A stretch of DNA of 61,145 nt, counting the filler, from Basidioascus undulatus (Eukaryota), in NCBI GenBank assembly GCA_000826855.1. It is 4 parts of 4 records of this genome, joined end to end, with 100 filler letters (N's around TTAATTAATTAA, not from the genome) between each part and the next. Parts side by side here need not be neighbours in the genome. Positions count along the whole stretch, not along the records: positions 45,940 to 61,145 come from JTLS01000657.1; 3 more parts are not named here. The stretch is one strand, 5' to 3'. The notes under the pieces were generated by a model that searched no databases, had not been told where the DNA came from, and saw only the letters and a list, made by a program, of their open reading frames with translations. The stretch's first letter is position 1; each line of letters begins with the position of its first letter. Positions 53,291 through 61,145 of this stretch are shown here, in pieces. A program made the translations under genes and the position numbers.

Positions 53291-55158
53291 CTACTGGCGC
53301 CCAAAGCCCTTGCCCAGCGTGTACTCCGCCCGCTTCCCACCGTCGAGTGTGCGGATGTAAGTGTACACCTCACGGTCCACCTTCTGGAGGTCAAACTCGA
53401 ACACGCGGCCGCCACGGCCCCACGCCTCCTCGCCGTACCCGCCGTAACCGGTGCGCTTGTTCTGGCAGAGCGTCGGGCCGTTCTGGACGGTCGTGTCTTT
53501 GGCGCACCATTCTGTTTGGCGAGCGGTGGATGAGTATAATATTGAGGAGAGAGAAGGATGAATGGGGTGGAGGAGGGGGGATGAGGAAACGAAAACGGAC
53601 CGAGACCGTGCTGGTGGCCGGAGACGATGGCATGCAGGTTCTTCACGCGCGAGGTAAGGGCGTTGTAGAAGGGCAAGTCACCTGCAGACACGTGCACAGT
53701 ATCAGTCAAAGGAACGATACTGTCATCATGCCAGAGAAAACAACAACGCACGACGGGGACCGGCAGCCTTGTTGTTGTCCGACTGCGTCTGCAGAGGGTT
53801 GTCCTCGTTGAGGCCCGGGTTGCGAGCGGGGTCGAGCTGCTTCTGCACCTCGCGGGCAGCGGACCTGTATCCACCACCATACATCAAAGTCAGCCTACCC
53901 AAAACACAGAAAGTGAAGGAACAATAACGCACACCGGGATGTGCACGAACGCAATCGTCGGGATGCGGTCGCCCCACCCGTAGCGCTCGAATGCGTCAAT
54001 CGTCTCATCCAGCCAGGTGGCAACCGAGTCGTCGACCCAGTCCTCGACCTGCTCGCCGGAGTTGCCGAATTGTTTCTGATAGAGAAATGAAGGTGAAAGG
54101 GGATTGAGCGTTATTGTGGAGGGTAGAGCCTGAGGGTAAATGTGGAAGGCGTACGCCACCGCGAGAGTCGAAGAAGAAAAGAATGGTAGAGGGCTTGGTG
54201 TCTGAAAAGGAAATTGAGGGGATGTGATATTTCAGATCCAGGACGCTTGGGAGATGCCAAGCCAAGGGACGGAAGACGAACCGTCGTCCTTAGCGAAAAC
54301 TGGAGAAAAGAAACGCGGTACCGTAAGCCGCGTGCACAGCAAGGTACAGTAGATTCCTCGGGATCCTCACCAGGGACAAAGTAGTTGGATTCCCCACCGT
54401 ACCCGCCGACGCCGTGGCTCTGGCCAGTGTAGGAAAGGTTGTACGAAACAGCACGCTCGCGAGCGACGATCATCGAGTGAGTGATCTGCGGATGTATTCA
54501 TCATTTTGTCTGCGTCAGAGGGCGCCCCGGACATTTGAAACGATCAATGTGACCCACGTTGGGCTGGTTGTCGTGGTTGCTATGTGCTCGGAGAGCGTCA
54601 GCGGGCGGCAGAAATGGTAATGAGAGGGAATATGATGGACGGACCCTTGGGTGGTAGCGAACGGTAAGCCAGCCTCGACGAAAGGCGCGACATAGGCGTC
54701 AACATAGGCCGTTGAATTCTCGAGAGAGAGCACTATGCACCGGCGACAAGTCAGACATTGCCCTGCAGTCGGAAAACGTTGACACTCAACAGTCCGCAGT
54801 TATCTACCTCGGAATCACTAGTCAGCCAACGTTCGCACAGTGCAGCCACAGTAGCCGCACGCACCAGGTCTCCATTGACGACACCGAAGTTAGCAGGCTC
54901 GTTCTCCAAGAGCCACTTCATCGCCTTCGTCGTGTTGGCGTCCTTCTCGACGCCGCCCTTAGCCGCCGGCTCGCCGAAGTGCAAGTCAGACATGACGAGC
55001 ACGCGGAACTTGCCCGACGCGTCGTACGTGATGCGCTTTTGGAAGGGGTACGGGTTCAGGGCTGTCGGGACGTCGGAGTTCTTGTGGTGGTCCCAGCCCC
55101 AGTTGAATGGCCGCGCGGCCGCGAGCGGGAGGAGCGGAAGGAGGAGCGCGGGAAGCAT
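53291..55158 (-). CDS. Secreted calcineurin-like metallophosphoesterase (Dcr2/PAP-like); multi-exon
   Basis: Signal peptide MLPALLLPLLPLAAA, followed by SDLHFGE, NGDL, G|NHD, AFVHIP, SGHQHG|N and TGYGGYG...RGGRVF. Confidence 0.88.
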
Positions 55159-55822
55159 GATGCGCGAGGTTAGAGATGAGAGAAGGAGTGTGAAGAAGCG
55201 GAACAGCGGTGGTCCCGAAAGAGAGCGAAAGCGATGGGCCTAAGGTCGCGAAAGGGTCAGACGAGCGACACAAGGGGACATGAGCGGATTTTATACCGTC
55301 TGAAGCCATGGTTCGAAGGCGTCTTCATCGAGAATGATCTTGTAGGGCTGGCGATGGATGAGTCGGCACGCTCACGAAGGACGCGTACAGACTGGTCAGT
55401 GTGGGCCATGGGCCCGGAAATACAGGCGGGCAGGGCGGGCGCTTGGCCCTGACTAGTCAGGTAGCAGAGCTTGGTGCAACGCACGGACATGTCAGTGATG
55501 AACAGCTTGATGGGGAGGACGCCAAGAAGAACGGCCGCGGAAGATTGAAGGGAGTTGTGGACATATATTGCTGTTGCGAGAGCCGGTCAATCTCAAGCTG
55601 GGATAAAGAACGTGCACAGGCAACGGAGAAACGAAGACGCTTAAAAACGCCCTGTGGAGGTTTCTGGCAGGCAAGTCTTGCGCCTGCATACAGCGCCAAA
55701 TAAACCGCCGAACGAGCAGTTTGGCGATCGGTGCGTCATCTCAGCCACCCCTTATCGCCATCAAGCTTGGCGGTTCCTCGTCTCAAACTCAAATCTCCAT
55801 CTTTCTTTCCTCTACCATCATC

Positions 55823-56938
55823 ATGTCCAACACGAATCAGAACCAAGCGCTTCCTAACACCTCCGGGCCACCCCCGGACTACTCCAGCTCAGCTGCCGAT
55901 CCCTCGCGCAACCCGTACGCGGCCCACATGATGCCCACCAACACCGGCGGGACGCCACAGCCGCAGGGGCAGAACCAGCTCCAGGTGCCCCAGATGGACG
56001 ATAATGCGCGGAGGAGCATGGAGGACGAAGAGCGGCCAGTAGGTGGCATGTTCTACTCGCCCAGGAAACCGCATCTCACGGAAAGGGCGGCGTAGCTGCC
56101 TGAGGGCTGGATTCGGGATTGGGATGCCTCTTCGTGCGTCTATTGCCTTGATCATCGTTCGGCAGCTTCTAACCGTAAAAATACAAAGCCGTCACCATTT
56201 TTATGTAAATAGTAAGCTTCTAATGTCTTCTGTTCAGCTGTAGTGATCAACTGAACGCGGTTCATCGCCAAATCGCCTACCAGCGCGCGCAAACCCGCCT
56301 CGCTCGATCTGGCACCACCCATACGACGACCCCGAGTATATCGCTTCCATACCCGACACCCAGCAACAGCCGCCCGCGCCGGTCTCCGCATCCCGCCCGG
56401 CATCAGCGCAGCCGCAGACCACCCCCGCCGGCGCGCCCGTCGGCGCGGGCACGGACGCCAAGAAAAAGGAAGAGAAGCGGTCCTTCGGCGGGCGGATCAA
56501 GGACAAGCTGATTGGGACGAAGGAGGAGCGCGAGGCGGCCAAGCGGCGGCGCGAGCAGCTGGAGCGCGAGGCCGCGCAGCGGTACATTATGCGGCGGCAG
56601 CAGATGATGCAGAGCGGGTACGGGCAGCCGGGCTACGGGTACAGCCAGGGCACGCACTACGGCCCGCCTTCCATGGCGTACGGCCGCCCGCAGCGGCGGT
56701 TCGGCGGCGCCGGCGGCGGAATGGGCATGGGACTACCGCTTATGGGCGGTCTGGCGGGCGGGATGCTGCTCGGCTCGGCGATGGGAGGCTTGTATGACGG
56801 GTATGATGGTACGTGTGGTGGTTTTTGGAAGCCTGGTCGGCTTGTGGCAGCTACTCACGAAGCGTGCTGGGGCGGCTAGACTACGGCGGAGGCGACTTCG
56901 ACGGCGGCGACATGGGCAACATGGGTGGAGACTTCTGA
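55823..56938 (+). CDS. WW-domain protein with Gly-rich C-terminus (Wwm1-like); 5 exons
   Basis: Spliced RP|LPEGWIRDWDAS|SRHHFYVN|TRANPPRSIWHHP (WW domain), then a charged helix and GLPLMGGLAGGMLLG...GGDF*. Confidence 0.85.
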
Positions 56939-57789
56939 GCGTAGGACTGCCCCTCGCGGGATGCGGTGCGTAACATGAAATATAGGAAGTTATTCTTCAA
57001 TTTAGTGCCCGATGTGCTGCTCTACGGTTGCCAAGGCCGGATTGCAGTCGGCTGCACTTCCTTGTTGCCGAGACACAACCCTTCCAGTGCTCGCTGCCAT
57101 TCGCTCAATCCGCCCTTTGCTGCCCTGTGGAAGTCGTTGACAGCAATTTTCAGTATGCCATCTAGACCCTGATGTTGGGGATGCGCAAGACGCGAAACTG
57201 AACCGGATTTCACTCACTCACGTCGTTGCATGATGCACCGCTGGGCTTCCTTCGATGCGCGACTAAGTTACGAGCAGCTATCCCTATTACGAAAGTTTGC
57301 AAATATACAAATACACATCTCCAACTCATCCCTTGGGGATTGGCGTTGCAGCTGGTGCTTGAAGCAACCACAGGAGCAGCTGTAGAGGAGACAGCTTCGG
57401 TGCAGGCTCAAATGGCTCCGTGTTCTGCACAGATTCCCCCAACCAGAAAACTGTACGGCGCTGACTCTTTGCGGTCGACAATCACAGTTTACAGAGGGAG
57501 AATGAGGTCTCGGGCAGGGCTCAGAACAATTCAGACCAAGCCTACCCACGGTCCCGCCGTCTAGTTAGTGCTGTGGGGACTCTTTGCCGCACACCTCGCC
57601 CGCATCCAAACACAAGACTGTTCGGCTTTTCTCCGTTAGCCCGTCTTACTAGCGGGGCCTACGCCACTCGAAGGGCGAAATGCAGTCTTTACATTGCTTC
57701 GTTTGCCATGTTCTCGTGGGTAACATCCAGGGCGCTCCCCACCTGCACGCCTCTTCACGCCAGACGATTCGCTGTAGACCACTGCCAAC

Positions 57790-59064
57790 CGCATTCCAAA
57801 TAAGCTATAATCTTTGCTAATTGTACTCACCTCCTTGTGGTTCGGCCAATCTTCACGCTGGTGCTGGACAGAGCAGTACGTCGCGCCCTTGTAACGCGGC
57901 TGGCACGCTGATTTGCACGGCTTGCCACAGACCTCGCACCAGAACACCCTTGTTTCGGAGGTTCGCTCCAGCTCTTTGCAGAGGTTCTAGATAATTCGCA
58001 TGGGAAGATCTACCTTCCCGGCGGCAGCGCATGCGCGAGAAATGAGATCAACCGCTCTGAGGACGGTTCGTCGACGCGCGCTGCGCAAGACGAAGCGTGT
58101 GAGGTTGTCGGGCGGCGTCGGCATGCTGAATGTGCCTCGATCGAAATGTATCCATGTTTTAGGGACCTCGTCGACCTGTGTCATGGTCATTGCGCTCAAG
58201 TGAGCGCGCAGGCGTGCGTAGATGCGGCGGAGCTTGCTGAAGCGTCTACGTTCTGGCCACGGTTAAGTAGCCTCGTGCAGAAGTCGTCCGAATCGGAGAA
58301 TAACGTGATGATGACGTCCTCGTAGCTAAAGAGTAGAGCTGCGGTTGAAGATATACGTTGCGGTGGTCCAAGGAGAACGGGCACGTTCAGGCCCACGACT
58401 TCGATCATTTCGTTGACGAGGGCCGCCTGGAACAGGTCGGCATATTAATCTAACAAGGACGGTCTCTGATTGGGGTGGCCCTGGATGCGGAAAATAATGG
58501 CTCGGGGGGTATCAGGAGGCTCTTCGCTGCGCTGAAAGCGTCTTGAGATCGGGGGGCTGTGACGTGAAGGACTCCCGTATCAACAGCATGCGATCTTCGA
58601 AGCGGATGACTGCCACGATCTCGTCGGTTCCAAGCTTAGAGGCATATGCCCCCGTGAACTTGCCCTGACCGTCGAGCACCGCAGCGCAGAACGGAAGAAG
58701 TTCGAAAGAATGGGCGTCGGAAAGGTTGAGGAAGATAGTGTGGTGCGGATGGGGAACAACTGGTCGGTTGTGTTGGTTTCTGCACTACGAGCCTTCCTGA
58801 CGCTCCACGGGAAATAGGAACTTCGCCAAAGAACTGGTACTGGGGGCCGGTCAGCGGACAGTGTTACTCGATCCGAGAGGAATCACGCGAACGATGCGAG
58901 GGTAGTTTTGAGTAATGACTTTGCTTTTGACGAGATGTTATGGAGGAAGTGTGGTGCGGATGGGGAACAACTGGTCGGTTGTGTTAGTTTCTGCATTACG
59001 AGCCTTCCTGACGCTCCACGGGAAATAGGAACTTCGCCAAAGAACGGGTACTGGGGGCCGGTCA
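57790..59064 (-). pseudogene. Disrupted MYND zinc-finger gene
   Basis: CEVCGKPCKSACQPRYKGATYCSVQHQREDWPNHKE (MYND with one ligand Cys position occupied by Tyr); in-frame TAG at 57987-57989; frame change near 58198. Limits are approximate. Confidence 0.6.
58738..59064. repeat. 116-bp direct repeat x2 (58738-58853 and 58949-59064), 3 mismatches
   Basis: GTGTGGTGCGGATGGGGAACAAC...GGGGGCCGGTCA repeated at a 211-bp offset. Confidence 0.92.
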
Positions 59065-60676
59065 CCGGCATACCGGCGTGAAATCTTCCTTATGCGCTGT
59101 TCGCCCTGCAGTTGCATGAATCTTGGTGCCGTAAACGACGACATTTGCCATATGCATGCATTTGTGAGAAGTAAAGCGCCTCTAATCGGAGATATGGACA
59201 TAGAGAATCGGGGCGGGTGCTGCACTGTCTACCCAGGTTCTGTTTCGGATCCAGTAAGAAGCCTCGTGTGTGAGTCCTCAGGAGCTATGGATTAGACCTC
59301 AAGCACTGGTGCTTTTATGCATGCACATGGGACCTTGAAATCCATTGCCTTCCCCATCGGATGAAGCAGTATCGAGGGATGCCTCACTCTCGCACGACAA
59401 GGACGGACAGCGACTCGAATCTTGTTTCTGTCCCCTTCTTCACAGACATACTCGTGGCCTTGCATGACAGGTACTACCCCTCCTTTCCAACGACCGAAGC
59501 GTACACCTGATGTCACGCCCACGCAAACGTGAAGGGGGAAGCGACTGCGAACGGTTGTTGTGTGGACCTCGACAGCGGTGGTGGAAAGTATCCGCTCGCC
59601 CAGCTTCTTGTCGGTGTACCTACTCCCGGCCTTGCTAGTACGGTCATTGACGGTAGGTTTTACCCGACAAGGCAGTATTGGGCGTGAATGGGGAGGTCAG
59701 GGCTTCTGGACAACCTTAAAGCTGGGCAGGCGTGCCAGATTCAGCTGCCTAGGTAGCGATGAGCATGAGCAGGCTCCTTGCAGCTCAAACACATATGGAA
59801 GAGTTTAGGTTTAGGAGGAAAGGGACCTGGTACTTCCATGTACCTGTCGCTGCCTTTTCTAACCTGACCCTTTTTGCACAGCACAGCCAGCGCATTCCAA
59901 TGAAACTCGCACAACAGCAGTCCGCCCGCATCGAATGCGAGTAAGCCCTCTACAACACTACATAGGAACAAACTGACTTATACAGCCCAAGAATAAAAAA
60001 CCCCGCATAGCAAGATCAAGGAGCAGGCGGTCGGTCGTCGTGAACGTGTCTGACGCGAAGCCGCGCCGCCAGCGGAAGTGCATCATTGCTGCTTGCGCGA
60101 GCGATGGGGAGTCCAGCGAGGTGGTGCTGGGTGGGAGTGGGCATGGTTGGGGTGGACGGCCTTGGGCTTTAAGAGGAGAAAGGGGGAGCGAGAGTGGTGG
60201 GTGCGGACGAGGGAGGTGAGAAGACGGGTGGTCAGGTGGTGAGGGAGGCGGATCGTGTGTGTCGAGCCTGACGGGGTTCCGACCGTTTGTGGCTGCGAGA
60301 CATCTGCCGACGGTCAGGAGACTGTCTTATCTGTGCCACCAGCAGGAAGATGACCTTCGACATACCAGTTCAGTGATCGCTGGTCCAACCCAGCATCAGG
60401 CGAGTCCTGCAGGAAGCCCTGCGCCCTGCTGCACTCGATGACTGGCCTCCAATCACCAAGATTTCTGGCCCGAGAAACCCATGACAGATCAGCAGAGTCC
60501 ACGGACCCTAATCGAGTACCGTTCCAGCTTCTTCCGCTAAGCACCCTGTCCGAGGCAGGTAAGAGACGGAGAAAGGCACCCGCGTCCTCCACAACCGAGT
60601 TGCACATCTATTTCCCCTCCCACCCCATCAAGTCGGAGCGCACATCGACCAAGCATTTATCGCTCTACTTCTACTT

Positions 60677-61145
60677 CTATTGCTCTCCCTGTCCCCCCTC
60701 CTGCGCCCTTGCAGACAACCACGCCCTCACCGCCGTGCTGCTCATCTTTGCCTGCTTCAATCGCTTGGCGTCGCCGCCAACGTCCGCGTCCGCACTCGAG
60801 ATGACGTCGATCGTGTATGTTTTTAGGGGGGGGAGGTTGCGCTCTGTGCGGAGCTTGTGGACTGCGCGGAACGCAGGAAGAGTCGTGAGCGGGTGGGGAA
60901 GGGGAATGAGGGAAACCAACGCACTAGCCTCTGCCCCCGCCGCCGTCTCCTTCGAGATAACGAGCGCCTGGATGTCCGACTCTGTCGCGGTCGGGCCGTA
61001 CACGTCCGAGATGGGCAGCACGTCGAGGGAGAGGGAGGGCTTGATGCGACGGGAGAGGAAGGAGGAGACTGCATAGAGCCGGGAGGGGAGGGGCTCGAGT
61101 TGGGGGGCGTGCGACTTTGAGGCGAGGAGGGCATCATCTGGGGTG
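60677..61145 (-). CDS. CAB4: 3' part of phosphopantetheine adenylyltransferase (cytidylyltransferase-like, CAB4/COASY-type); truncated by the window end
   Basis: PISDVYGPT...DIQALVISKETAAGA..RTERNLPPLKTYTIDVI...KMSSTAVR. Confidence 0.8.
   Translation of the reverse strand, partial: TPDDALLASKSHAPQLEPLPSRLYAVSSFLSRRIKPSLSLDVLPISDVYGPTATESDIQALVISKETAAGAEASALVSLIPLPHPLTTLPAFRAVHKLRTERNLPPLKTYTIDVISSADADVGGDAKRLKQAKMSSTAVRAWLSARAQEGGQGEQ

Overview
This is eukaryotic, intron-rich, GC-rich fungal DNA. It is most likely a basidiomycete, and the short GTGCGT/GTACGT/GTGAGT...CTGAC/CTAAC...YAG introns suggest a Pucciniomycotina-type yeast (taxonomy is inference). The window is not one locus: four ~15.2-kb pieces (1-15235, 15336-30559, 30660-45839, 45940-61145) are joined by artificial 100-bp N44-TTAATTAATTAA-N44 spacers. 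Piece 1 holds a Zn2Cys6 transcription factor next to L-rhamnonate dehydratase, an intron-containing tRNA-Pro(CGG), a CSL-family transcription factor and an OSTalpha/TMEM184 membrane protein. Piece 2 holds a histidine acid phosphatase/phytase, MCM5 (three MCB boxes upstream, start codon split by an intron) and ETF alpha. Piece 3 is accessory-like: an orphan C2H2-like protein whose 11 introns are all phase 2, a POM34/TMEM209-like gene, three decayed F-box-like genes, and a TET/JBP-like 2OG-Fe(II) dioxygenase with intact catalytic residues and no recognisable transposase nearby. That dioxygenase is the top candidate. Piece 4 holds ATG16 head-to-head with YPT7/Rab7, a glycine-zipper protein, 6-phosphogluconolactonase, a secreted metallophosphoesterase, a WW-domain protein, a MYND pseudogene with a 116-bp duplication, and the 3' end of a CAB4-like PPAT. 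All gene models were spliced by hand and family calls come from motif recognition; no database searches were run.
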